Shown here: positions 26,797 through 36,726 of the stretch, one piece after another
Layout of the letters: the number at the start of each line of letters is the position of its first letter
How positions within the stretch are numbered: position 1 is the stretch's first letter
DNA from: a virus
Taxonomy: Duplodnaviria > Caudoviricetes
DNA: 64,000 bases
Virus record (IMG/VR): IMGVR_UViG_3300050821_002847
Span: 115-64,114 of that record
Reading direction: 5' to 3' (one strand)
Program-made: the position numbers and the translations under genes
The notes under the pieces: generated by a model
The model's input: only the letters and a program-made list of their open reading frames with translations
The model's database searches: none
What the model was told of the DNA's origin: nothing

Positions 26797-28218
26797 ATGG
26801 CTCTCCCCTTCAATTCATACAACTGGGCGACCTTCGCCTTCGTCAAATCGGAACTTGCCCGCCGACTCTACGACCCCGGCGAGACCTTCTGGACCGACGT
26901 AGAACTCGGCATCTATATCGTCGATGCGCTTCGCACTTGGAACGCACTGACCGGCTACTGGCGCGGCGACTTTACCTTCCCATCCCGGCAGGGAGTGACA
27001 TGGTATGACCTCACTGATGCGACAAATCTCCCGAATACGCTTCGTCCGCTCACGCTACACGATACGGACCTGTACACTCAGTTGCAATATCACCTACTGG
27101 AGCCTGTCAGTTGGAATCCTTGGACCGGAGGCTCGACTCAGTTCACTGCCGACGATCTTCTGAATGCGGTGCAGCGGCGGCGAGACGAAATTCTATCCAT
27201 CTGCGGCTGCACGATTACTCGGAGGGCTATCCCCGCTACTGCCGGACGCATCACGCTGCCCGACACGGTGCTGGACGTGCGGCGCATGGCCTATCTCCCG
27301 GCGGCGATCCTCGGCTCACCCTATGGAATTGGCATCTATGGAGCGGGACCTTATAGCTATGGCGCATACGGAGGCCAAAGCGCGTCGGTCATATGGCCCG
27401 ACGACACTTGGGCCGAGCAATCCTTCAATCGCAACTTCACCTTGCAGCCTGCTGGGACTCCCCAGACCTACCTAATGTCCACACAGCAACCCATCAGCTT
27501 CGACGTGGACCGGCCTCCGGGCGGCGCGGGAAGCTACGAGTTGCTGACCTCCGAGGCTGGGCCTGCGCTCAACATCGTCTCTGCTACGACGCTCGCTATC
27601 CCAGACGACTGGACGCACGTGGCCAAGTGGGGTGCGCTCGCGGACCTGCTCTCACGGGAATCGCTCTCGCGTGATCCGACAAGAGCAAGTTATTGTGAGC
27701 AGCGATACCGGATGGGCCTCAAGATTCTCCTGAACGCCCCGGCGCTCCTTGCAATGCGCTTGGACAACGTGCCCTTGCAGATCGACTCGGTACATGGAGC
27801 AGACCTCTACAACACTAGCTGGCAGGCGCTCGCACAGGGCAAGCCTTCGATTGCGCTACACGCGGGGCTGAATATGGTCGCGCTCGCGGCACAGCCGGAC
27901 GGCGGGACATATTCGCTGACGGCGACGGTGGTGGAGAATGCTCCAATACCAGTCGCGCCGGGAGATTCGGTGCAGGTTGGGCGGGATGATCTCGATGTAG
28001 TGCTGGACTACGCGCAGCACGTGGCGTCGTTCAAACAAGGCGGCGAGGAGTTCACGTCCACGGTGCCACTGCTCCAGCGATTCTTAAAGCAAGCGGCGGT
28101 TTATAACTCGAAGCTGCTGGAACTCGGGGAATACCAGTCCATGCTGTCGGGCCAGTCGCAGCGCGAAGAACAGATGAACCCACGCGCCACGCCTGCGCTC
28201 GCGGAGGCGACACAATAG
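26797..28218 (+). CDS. Putative tail adaptor (tubular protein A-like, duplicated fold)
   Basis: ELARRLYDP..TFWTDVEL..YI.DA N-terminus; second FTADDLLNAVQRRRDE unit. Confidence 0.55.
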   Translation: MALPFNSYNWATFAFVKSELARRLYDPGETFWTDVELGIYIVDALRTWNALTGYWRGDFTFPSRQGVTWYDLTDATNLPNTLRPLTLHDTDLYTQLQYHLLEPVSWNPWTGGSTQFTADDLLNAVQRRRDEILSICGCTITRRAIPATAGRITLPDTVLDVRRMAYLPAAILGSPYGIGIYGAGPYSYGAYGGQSASVIWPDDTWAEQSFNRNFTLQPAGTPQTYLMSTQQPISFDVDRPPGGAGSYELLTSEAGPALNIVSATTLAIPDDWTHVAKWGALADLLSRESLSRDPTRASYCEQRYRMGLKILLNAPALLAMRLDNVPLQIDSVHGADLYNTSWQALAQGKPSIALHAGLNMVALAAQPDGGTYSLTATVVENAPIPVAPGDSVQVGRDDLDVVLDYAQHVASFKQGGEEFTSTVPLLQRFLKQAAVYNSKLLELGEYQSMLSGQSQREEQMNPRATPALAEATQ

Positions 28219-28219
28219 T

Positions 28220-31200
28220 ATGCCTCCTACCTTCCAGCGTCCAGCGCAGGGATTCAGGTTCTCCTTCGGAGGCATGAAGCTCAACAGTAATCCCGACACC
28301 CTGCCACTGGACAAGTACGCTGCCGCCGTGAACATCCGTGCTCTGCTGGACTCTTCCATTCGCACTCGTCCCGGACAGACGCAGAAGTTCGCGACCGGCG
28401 GGCATACCATCACCGATCTCTCTTCATACTCGATTCTGTCCACCGATGATGCTCCTCGTTATATCGCACGGGATATTCTGGACTCCATCTGGCTAGACAA
28501 CGGCGTCGTTGTGGGCGCGCTAGTCGGCGGCGGCGCAAGCCCCGGCGCGTCGATGATTCCCTTCCGGCCTGGACAATCCCCCTCGCCTTACCTTTATATT
28601 GCCAACGGCTCCGACTACCAAAAGTTCTCCGCGCCTACCGGAGCCAACATTGTGTCCCAGTCCAAAGTTGGCATCGCGGAGCCGCAGTTCGCGCCGAACG
28701 CTGCGCCATCCGCCATGCGCCAAGCGTCCCTCGCGAGCCTCTCGTGGGCGCAGGGCGGCACCGCTGGCGCTCCTAGTTCCACCAATCGCATATCCGACAC
28801 CGCCGGGACCGTGCTTCCTGACCCGGACAACGCCGCGCTGCTAAGCGTACAGGTCGGCACCTCGCAGGCATATCAGCGGTGGATGTCCATCGCCGCCGCC
28901 GCTGGAGGAGGCACCGCCGGGTCGCAGGGACCGCTGACAGCCTCGTTCTCAGTGGACAGTGGCGGTAGTGCAACCCCTTGGACTGGAACCGGCGCGGGCG
29001 GGGGGTCGGCGAACCTCCCACAATTTGGTTTTAGCAATGGCCTAAAGATAACCAACTTCGGCTTCTCTACGATTCCAGTAGGAGCGACGATTACAGGCAT
29101 AAAGGCGGAAGTTCTCCGGCATGCCTCCTCTAATGTTGCTCTTATATCTGATCTCAGTGTCCTTATTATTAAGAATGGAGTCCTCACTGGCAACGATCAC
29201 TCTCTGGGAGGCTACTGGCCAGCAGTCGATACCTATGCTGTCTATGGAGGCCCTGGAGATACTTGGCACACCTTCTGGACCTATGCGGATATTCAGTCCC
29301 CTGGGTTCGGAGTCTCGATTGGAGCCGAGAATAACGCCTCTAGAGGCTCAGCCACCGCAACCGTGACCTCAGTGCGAATGACTGTCTATTATCTCTCGGG
29401 TGGAGTGGCCAACACCGCCGTCGTGATCCGCGATGTATTCCCTGCGCTGCCAACAGCCTTCGCCATCGCATCCATCTACTACTTCTCGGGCACTACCGGA
29501 CATTGCGTGCTCGTGCCCACCACGCTCGCTACCGGCCCTGGCACTGGGGGGCAATCTCTCTACGCCGACAACGTGCTGTCCACGCTGCGCCGGGGAGCAC
29601 TCATCAAGATAGCGTCCGAGATATGCATCGTGTGGAGCGTAAGCGTCGGGCCGGACGGTACCGTCTCCATTGAGACCTCCACGAACAGCGTCCACACCAC
29701 GTCCGATACGCTAACCAGTCTGCCGACCATCCAGACCCTCGGGCAGATATTCGCCGCGCAGACACTCTCGGAGGTCTGCATCAGTTATCAAGTTACCGTT
29801 GGCATCGGCACGCAGACTGCGACGATCACCAACCCGTTCGTAACTGGAGGGAATCCCTTCCGCCCGGACGACCTCATCTCATTTGGCATCCAAGTGGACG
29901 ACCTGACTAAGCTTACTGAATTGAAAATCCTATTCGACGTGGGCGATGGGTCATTCACGCATAATTTCTACTACTACACGGTACGACCGTCCGATATCGC
30001 CGCCGCAGTGGCCAATTCCGCCACGCAACTCGCCGCCGCGCAGACCATCGACCAGCGGGCCACGATAGACGAAGAGACCATCGCCGCAAGCGGGAATCAA
30101 CTCCACTCTGCGTCGAGCGCCATGACTGTCGCGGGCGTGGCGCAATGGACGCAGATTGTGTTCTCCATTGGCGAACTGACTCGCGTTGGTGGCGACCAAA
30201 CTAAGTCGCTTCAGAACGTCAGTAAGGTTCAGTTCCTATGGAACGCCTCCGGGACCATTAACGTATTTCACGACGGTGCCATCAATATCCTCGGCGGGTA
30301 CGACACAGACACAGGGGACATCGGAGCGCCATACCTGTACCGCGTGCGTCCGCGCTCCAGCGCCACCGGCGCGAGAGGCAACCCCTCCCCCGCGACGCGC
30401 TACGGCATCAGTCCTCGGCGCGAACAGGTGACGGTGTACCTGCCCTCGCCTGCCTACGACTCGCAGATCGACACATGGGACATATTCCGCTATGGCGGCT
30501 CGGTGACATCCTTCCGGTACATCGGCTCGACGCCATCCTCGAACGCGACCTTTATCGACAATTATTCCGACGACGCTGCCGGTGCGGGCGATGTGCTGGA
30601 CTTCGACAACTTCGAGCCGTGGCCCTCGGTGGACCTCCCCTTTAGTGCAACCGCGACGAGCGTAGTCGGCACCGTGGCGCTCGTGACGGTACCCTCGCCG
30701 ACGAACATCCTTGGCTATCTACCGGGCAACCTCGTACAACTCTCAGGCACCAACGTCTATACCCTCCGCAATCGCCCGGTGCTGATCTCTGGGACCACTT
30801 ATCGCTTAGAGTTCGAAGAGAACGCCGGAACGCAGGCCAGCGTAACCGCCGCAATCTACGAGCCTGAGTTGGCTAACCAGCATCTCCCGTATATGTTCGG
30901 CCCGGACGTATCGGGGACAGTGTTCGCGTGTGGAGACCCCTTACGCCCCGGGACGCTCTACTTCGCCAAGAATTATGCGCCGGACTCCGCACCGGATGGC
31001 TACAACGTGGAGATCACGCCCCCGAGCGAACCTCTGTTGGGCGGCGAGGTGCTCGACGGGCTCGCGTTCGTGGGGTCGCCCGAACGCTGGTGGGCCTTGT
31101 ATCCCCAGCCGGACAATCCATCCCAGCGATACAATTTCGTGCAGCAGCCGTTCCCGCGAGGACTGGCTGCGCCGTATGGACATTGCAACGATGGTGTGAG

Positions 31201-32290
31201 TATGTACTGGTGGGCCAAGGATGGGATTCAGTCGTCCACGAAAGGATCGCTCACTGATGCGGACCTCTACAATTTATTCCCTCACGATGGCGTACCGGGT
31301 AAGGCTGTCACCTATGCGGGACTGACATTCACTGCACCGGATTATTCCCGTGCGGGAACATTCAGACTGACTTACTCAAATTATTATCTATACGCTACTT
31401 ATCAGGATTCCGCAGGGACCTATCGACAACTCGTGTTGGACACTCGGCGCATGGCATGGTGCATAGATTCTTATACTCCCGCTGTGAGCGCGTTTCTACA
31501 TCCCGCGCAGCCTGCTGGTAGCTTGCTGACGAACACTACGCGCTACGACGAACTCCTGATGGGGACCGTGACTGGCCTAATAGCCATGCAGACCGACAAC
31601 ACGAACGACCTTGGCGGGCCGATTTCCTGTGCGCTGGACACCGCCGAGTTCGATGGCGGCGACTCTCGCGCACCGAAGCAGTGGGGGGATATTTTCCTAG
31701 ATGTTACGCCGGGTGCGTTCGCGGGAGTATACGTGTTCCCTGTTTCCTTCGGGGTGGCGGTAGCTCCAACCATAAACGTGCCTGCCAGCGCATCACGCCA
31801 GCGGTTGCCCTTGGGTGTCGGCGGCGTGGTTGTAAGCGATTTCATGGGCCTCGTGTTTATTTGGACCGACGACTTCACACAGCAGTCTGTACCAACCCAG
31901 CTACACATCTGGCATCCCTCGTTCGTCGTCCAGCCTGCCTATACGCAGAACTGGTTCACCTTCGGGACCACCTTCGGAATGGACGGGTTCAAGCATGTCC
32001 CGAGGATAATCCTCGCATGGGTGAGCACCGCGCCGATCACACTCACGGTGACGAGCTTCGACGGACAGTCTCCGGCGGCGATTACGATTCCATCGAGTGG
32101 TGGGGCGTATAAGAAGCAATTGTTCATGCAGTCGGCCAACAAGGGCCTACTCTATAAATTCTCCGCGACATCGACGGCGAAATTTCAGATTTTCCTTGAC
32201 GATAGCGAAGTCCACGTCGGGTCGTGGGCGAGGAGCGGCCCGTACTCAATCTTCCATAACTTAGGAGGACAGGACAGTGGCCCAATCTAG
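28220..32290 (+). CDS. Putative tail nozzle/hub protein (tubular protein B/P22 gp10-like)
   Basis: 1356 aa beta-rich; FGGM...NIR...IRTRPG N-terminus; follows adaptor gene. Confidence 0.6.
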   Translation: MPPTFQRPAQGFRFSFGGMKLNSNPDTLPLDKYAAAVNIRALLDSSIRTRPGQTQKFATGGHTITDLSSYSILSTDDAPRYIARDILDSIWLDNGVVVGALVGGGASPGASMIPFRPGQSPSPYLYIANGSDYQKFSAPTGANIVSQSKVGIAEPQFAPNAAPSAMRQASLASLSWAQGGTAGAPSSTNRISDTAGTVLPDPDNAALLSVQVGTSQAYQRWMSIAAAAGGGTAGSQGPLTASFSVDSGGSATPWTGTGAGGGSANLPQFGFSNGLKITNFGFSTIPVGATITGIKAEVLRHASSNVALISDLSVLIIKNGVLTGNDHSLGGYWPAVDTYAVYGGPGDTWHTFWTYADIQSPGFGVSIGAENNASRGSATATVTSVRMTVYYLSGGVANTAVVIRDVFPALPTAFAIASIYYFSGTTGHCVLVPTTLATGPGTGGQSLYADNVLSTLRRGALIKIASEICIVWSVSVGPDGTVSIETSTNSVHTTSDTLTSLPTIQTLGQIFAAQTLSEVCISYQVTVGIGTQTATITNPFVTGGNPFRPDDLISFGIQVDDLTKLTELKILFDVGDGSFTHNFYYYTVRPSDIAAAVANSATQLAAAQTIDQRATIDEETIAASGNQLHSASSAMTVAGVAQWTQIVFSIGELTRVGGDQTKSLQNVSKVQFLWNASGTINVFHDGAINILGGYDTDTGDIGAPYLYRVRPRSSATGARGNPSPATRYGISPRREQVTVYLPSPAYDSQIDTWDIFRYGGSVTSFRYIGSTPSSNATFIDNYSDDAAGAGDVLDFDNFEPWPSVDLPFSATATSVVGTVALVTVPSPTNILGYLPGNLVQLSGTNVYTLRNRPVLISGTTYRLEFEENAGTQASVTAAIYEPELANQHLPYMFGPDVSGTVFACGDPLRPGTLYFAKNYAPDSAPDGYNVEITPPSEPLLGGEVLDGLAFVGSPERWWALYPQPDNPSQRYNFVQQPFPRGLAAPYGHCNDGVSMYWWAKDGIQSSTKGSLTDADLYNLFPHDGVPGKAVTYAGLTFTAPDYSRAGTFRLTYSNYYLYATYQDSAGTYRQLVLDTRRMAWCIDSYTPAVSAFLHPAQPAGSLLTNTTRYDELLMGTVTGLIAMQTDNTNDLGGPISCALDTAEFDGGDSRAPKQWGDIFLDVTPGAFAGVYVFPVSFGVAVAPTINVPASASRQRLPLGVGGVVVSDFMGLVFIWTDDFTQQSVPTQLHIWHPSFVVQPAYTQNWFTFGTTFGMDGFKHVPRIILAWVSTAPITLTVTSFDGQSPAAITIPSSGGAYKKQLFMQSANKGLLYKFSATSTAKFQIFLDDSEVHVGSWARSGPYSIFHNLGGQDSGPI

Positions 32291-32591
32291 CGCCAAGCAA
32301 TCCCAATCCCGCTGGTACCCCTCGGAGCATCAACTCAAAGACCCCTCCGCGCTGGCCCGCGCCTTCAAGCAGTTGTTAGATCAGCACTATGTCCTACAAG
32401 ATGCACATTCCGCGTTGCTCGCCAGGGTAAACTCTATGGGAGGTGGGGAGCGTGGGCCGTTCCCGGCGGGGAGCGGGCCGACCGACTCAATGCTCTTGGG
32501 CTTACATGTGCTGCCGGTGGACACTTCCAGCTTGGCAGGCGGTGCGGTGCTGACCTACGTTAAAAAGTCGGGCAACTTCCAATTTCTCTGA
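32277..32591 (+). CDS. Hypothetical tail-module protein
   Basis: GGAGG RBS; overlaps nozzle gene stop. Confidence 0.6.
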   Translation: MAQSSAKQSQSRWYPSEHQLKDPSALARAFKQLLDQHYVLQDAHSALLARVNSMGGGERGPFPAGSGPTDSMLLGLHVLPVDTSSLAGGAVLTYVKKSGNFQFL

Positions 32592-32603
32592 TGGGAGATA
32601 TAG

Positions 32604-33044
32604 ATGGCCAACTCAGTTCATCTGGACAAACAAGGCCCAGTGTGGCCCCTCGGCCTTATCATCGTGCCCACGCCGGGGACTCCCGTGCGTATCACGAATC
32701 TCGTGGACTCCGCCGCGACGAATGCTCCCGAGGCCGTCACCTCCGCGACCTCCGACGAGTACACCTCGCGGGCCTATGCCATCATCTTCCAAGGATTCAA
32801 GACTGGGGCCGCGCCGCCGAAGCTCGCCGCGAACACTGGGGTCGTCTATGTGGTCAAGAAGGCACTCGCGGGTGCGGGCGGAGTCAGCGACGTAGGGACG
32901 ATTATCGCCGCGATCAGAACCGGCGATCCGCCCTTCGTGCTGACGAGTGCGCCCATGAATCGCAACACTTTCAACTTATACGAGTTCTATATCGACGTTG
33001 ACACTGCGAACGATGGGTGTCTTGTGACAGCCATAATCCAATAG
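32604..33044 (+). CDS. Hypothetical virion protein
   Basis: GGGAG RBS; beta-rich 146 aa. Confidence 0.65.
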   Translation: MANSVHLDKQGPVWPLGLIIVPTPGTPVRITNLVDSAATNAPEAVTSATSDEYTSRAYAIIFQGFKTGAAPPKLAANTGVVYVVKKALAGAGGVSDVGTIIAAIRTGDPPFVLTSAPMNRNTFNLYEFYIDVDTANDGCLVTAIIQ

Positions 33045-33045
33045 T

Positions 33046-33453
33046 ATGCCCGGACCATCGACACCACTGCTCGGCCTGACAGTCCCCACCGTCGGCGGGG
33101 ATATAAACGCTTGGGGCGCGGAGCTTAACGCCGACCTCGCTCTGCTCGACGCTCTCGGTGCGGCGCAGGTGCTCATCATCAGTTCCAACACCATCGTTGC
33201 GCTCACCCAACCGGTCACGATCATTCTCGCGATCTCCGGCGGGACCGGCGTGACTATTACACTCCCCAATCCCTCCTTCAATAAAGGCCGCATGGTGTGG
33301 GTAAAAAAGACCGACACCGGCGTGGGGCCGGTAACGCTCGTCCCCGCGTCCGGCCAGATCGAGGGAGGCAATAATTATCAGTTGGTGAATCGGCTACAGT
33401 CGGTAATCCTGGCCCCGGATGCGGTCAACTGGTGGGCCTTCGCGGGACAATGA
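33046..33453 (+). CDS. Short tail fibre/adaptor-like protein (cytoplasmic)
   Basis: TPLLGLTVPTVG...WG..LN.DLALLD N-terminus and VTITLP...G....VKK domain typical of fibre proteins. Confidence 0.6.
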   Translation: MPGPSTPLLGLTVPTVGGDINAWGAELNADLALLDALGAAQVLIISSNTIVALTQPVTIILAISGGTGVTITLPNPSFNKGRMVWVKKTDTGVGPVTLVPASGQIEGGNNYQLVNRLQSVILAPDAVNWWAFAGQ

Positions 33454-36400
33454 ACATGCGACGATCATGGCTACTGCTACTCGTCATCGCACTGCTAGCG
33501 GCTATTCCACTGTCCGCGCAGCAGCGACAATTCTCGACCATTATCTCCGTGCCAGAGCCCTTACCAAATTGCACCCCCGGCGGACTCGCTGCGGAGATGC
33601 CGGTGCTGTGGGATGTCACCTCCGCTGGGTTCAAGTTCTGCTCAGGGACGAACACATGGAGCCCTTTCCCTGCCAGCAGCGGTGGCGGCGGGGCGACGAT
33701 TCAGACCAACGGGACCAGCAATGGATTGCAGAGTATCCTGAACTTTCAGAACGTTGGCGTGTTCTCATGGAGCAATCCCTCTTCCGGCAATGAGCAGCTT
33801 AACTTCTCCTCGCAGAGCGCCAATACTTTCATCGCCGCGCCGAACGGCTCCGCTGGAGTGCCCACTGCGCGAGCCATCGTGGCAGCGGACATCCCCGCCG
33901 GGACTTCCTGTGGGGCCAACCAATTCACCAACGGGATTCTCGCGGCTTTGGCTCCGTCCTGCACCCAGGTCAATTTCGTCAACTTGGCTGGAACAATCGC
34001 TCTCGGACAGACTCCCCTGACCACCAACGGCGATCTCCTATCGGTCAGCACCGGAGCACTCGCACGGGTAGGTTCAGCGGGAGGGCAGGACTTCCTGCTC
34101 CAAGGCGCGAACGCCGCCCTCCCCGTGTGGCTTGCCGTGAACAACTGTGGCAGCGCGACCCAAGCCCTGAGCTATTCGACTACCTCGCATGCCTTCGGGT
34201 GTCAGACGATCAGCGCGGGCACGGGGACGATCAACAACGCCTCACAGTTCAGCGCGGCGTACTATTCCTCCGCTGGGACTACCAATGTTATCAGTGGCAT
34301 CGCAGGGCCAACCACGCCGAGCATTCCCTTTATCTTTTGCTCCACGCCATCGGGAGGCGTAGCGACCGCTCCGGCATGGTGTATCCCGGGCGTGCCACTC
34401 AATGAGCAGACCTCCGCTAGCTACCCAGTCGTCGCCGGGGACCGCGAGAACCTGGATACGATGAACTTCGCCACTGCGGTCGCGGTATCGCTGCCGCAGG
34501 CCGGGAGCGCGGGGTTCACCAACAATTTCAACTTCGCCCTGACGAATATCGGCGCGGGACTTGTGACCGTAACCCCCGGTGCGTCGAGCACTATCAACGG
34601 GAACGCCACGCAGATCGTGCCCAAGGGATGGTTCAGCTACATCTATTCGGACTATACGAACTACTTCGCGCTGACCGCACCGGACATCTCGGACTTTCCG
34701 AATTGCGCGAATCCCTTGTCGTTTACGGCGGCGACGGGCGTGTTCAATTGCCTCGCCGGGACCAGCGGAGGGATACCGTATTTCTCGGCGGCGAACACGT
34801 GGGCGTCCTCGGGGGTGCTGACGGCGAATCTCCCGGTGATTGGCGGCGGTGCTGGCGCATCCCCCTCAGTCGGGACCGTGACGGGCAACACGACCGAGTT
34901 TGCCACGTGGACCGGCGCAACGACAGTCTCACGCTGCATCGACACCGATGCCAGCGGCAACCTACATATTACAGCGGCAGATTGCGGAGTCGGGACCACG
35001 GTGCCTATCTCGGGACTATTGCCTGCGACCGGGACAAACACCATCGACAACGCCGCATTGGAGCAGATATGGGAGTGGGAGCCTACCTCTGGGACTCCGG
35101 GACTATTACTCACCGAGTCCGCCGCAAGCACAGGGGCAGGTCCAATCTTCGGCGTGACAACAATTGCGGGCTCACTGGCTAAGGCAATGGTGATCCAAGG
35201 CACGGCACCGGCATCAGTAGCCTCCGCTCCTATAGCTCAGCCTGATTTAGCTGATTTCATTGCAGCCAAGGGCCAAGATGTGACTGGGATGAACACCGTC
35301 GGAGGTAATGGACAGGGCTTTAGTTGGACGGTAGGTGCGGCGGGCGCTTCAACAGGGACCGCGAACAGTGCCAGCGTTGGCCCTTGGAACGTGAATTTCG
35401 GTGGTATCCCCAACACCACCAAGACGCAATTCTGGGGCCAAGCTAACTTCAACTATGTGTTCCCACAGCCTTGGTCTTCGCAGGTATTCTCTTACACTGG
35501 CAATACGAACTCCGGCGTGGGCGCGTCATCCGGGGCTGGCTTGTTTCTGAGCAACACGTCAGCGGCAAATATTGGAAGCGTTCCGAACAATGGTCCGCCT
35601 CTATTTGGAACGTGGTCGCATTTGGACATCGGTGGTGTGGATACAAATGTCTCTACTCTGCTGAGCTTGGGACAGACCTGCACCTTGCCGACCAGCAACT
35701 CCTTCCCAGCTATCACTGGGGATGTTGGCGGGGCCGGAGGCTTTATCTGCAATATTTTGATGACACGAGGAATTAAGCCGGGAGTAGGCTACGCCTTCTG
35801 CTTGCAACCCGGCGGTGTTTGCATGATTGCTGATGTCGCGTCGAATCCCACCCTCGGGCAAGGCGGGAGGTTTGTAGGAACAGGTTCTAATGTGGCCCTT
35901 GGCGGCAACGTAAACTCTGGGCAGAATGGCGGCGTTATCATCCAAGCTAATAGCCCTGTAGGTTCCCAAGCTGATGTTGTGATTCCAAATCGCTCAAATG
36001 CTGGTGCCCTAAACATATTTGGTTTTACGAGCATCAATGCCGCAGGTGGCAATGGAATCCTCGACTGCGGAACAGTCTATGGCAATACATCGAGTGGTGG
36101 TTACTATACAGACCCGAGCAACACGCAGGGAGGCACGTGTATTTTCCGCGCAGGTAATGGCACCGGGACCGCGACCAGCGGCGACCTTCAGTTCCAGACT
36201 GCGCCTGGAGGTTCGTCTGGGGCTGGGCAAGACACGATGGTTACGCGAGGCGGCTGGAATGGGACGGGTGGGTATCCGGCTGCTGGAGGACTGATCGACG
36301 TAAGCCTTCCGGGGCAAATCTCTCTTACTGCTCAAACTGCGGCTATTAGCACTGCAACACTATGCTCTGGCACCACGGAAGGCCAGTGCAATCATGTTGG

Positions 36401-36725
36401 ACAGTACCTGCTCAACTTCTCGTTCGTTGAGGACGGCACCGCCTGTGGCACTCCAGGAACGGGCGGAGTGACCTTCCTCCTGACTTGGACTGATGACAAC
36501 GGCACGGTGCACTCGGCGGTGTCACTTGGGATGGATGATGCCTCGGCCATCAACACCGTATCACAAACCTTCCATTTTCAGACTTCTCTCGGAGCCGCAT
36601 GGGGCAGTGGACAGTTCGTATTCTCATCCAATGGCTCAGTAGTGCAATATGCTACAGGATACACCGCGTGTGGTGTCGGTACGGGTTCGTACCGGCTTAA
36701 GGCTACAGTGACAAGGTTGCAATAA
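33450..36725 (+). CDS. Long fibre/adhesin-like protein with Sec signal peptide
   Basis: ATG 33450 (ATGA overlap); MNMRRSWLLLLVIALLAAIPLSA-Q signal; G/T/S-rich fibre motifs; paired Cys. Confidence 0.65.
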   Translation: MNMRRSWLLLLVIALLAAIPLSAQQRQFSTIISVPEPLPNCTPGGLAAEMPVLWDVTSAGFKFCSGTNTWSPFPASSGGGGATIQTNGTSNGLQSILNFQNVGVFSWSNPSSGNEQLNFSSQSANTFIAAPNGSAGVPTARAIVAADIPAGTSCGANQFTNGILAALAPSCTQVNFVNLAGTIALGQTPLTTNGDLLSVSTGALARVGSAGGQDFLLQGANAALPVWLAVNNCGSATQALSYSTTSHAFGCQTISAGTGTINNASQFSAAYYSSAGTTNVISGIAGPTTPSIPFIFCSTPSGGVATAPAWCIPGVPLNEQTSASYPVVAGDRENLDTMNFATAVAVSLPQAGSAGFTNNFNFALTNIGAGLVTVTPGASSTINGNATQIVPKGWFSYIYSDYTNYFALTAPDISDFPNCANPLSFTAATGVFNCLAGTSGGIPYFSAANTWASSGVLTANLPVIGGGAGASPSVGTVTGNTTEFATWTGATTVSRCIDTDASGNLHITAADCGVGTTVPISGLLPATGTNTIDNAALEQIWEWEPTSGTPGLLLTESAASTGAGPIFGVTTIAGSLAKAMVIQGTAPASVASAPIAQPDLADFIAAKGQDVTGMNTVGGNGQGFSWTVGAAGASTGTANSASVGPWNVNFGGIPNTTKTQFWGQANFNYVFPQPWSSQVFSYTGNTNSGVGASSGAGLFLSNTSAANIGSVPNNGPPLFGTWSHLDIGGVDTNVSTLLSLGQTCTLPTSNSFPAITGDVGGAGGFICNILMTRGIKPGVGYAFCLQPGGVCMIADVASNPTLGQGGRFVGTGSNVALGGNVNSGQNGGVIIQANSPVGSQADVVIPNRSNAGALNIFGFTSINAAGGNGILDCGTVYGNTSSGGYYTDPSNTQGGTCIFRAGNGTGTATSGDLQFQTAPGGSSGAGQDTMVTRGGWNGTGGYPAAGGLIDVSLPGQISLTAQTAAISTATLCSGTTEGQCNHVGQYLLNFSFVEDGTACGTPGTGGVTFLLTWTDDNGTVHSAVSLGMDDASAINTVSQTFHFQTSLGAAWGSGQFVFSSNGSVVQYATGYTACGVGTGSYRLKATVTRLQ

Positions 36726-36726
36726 G

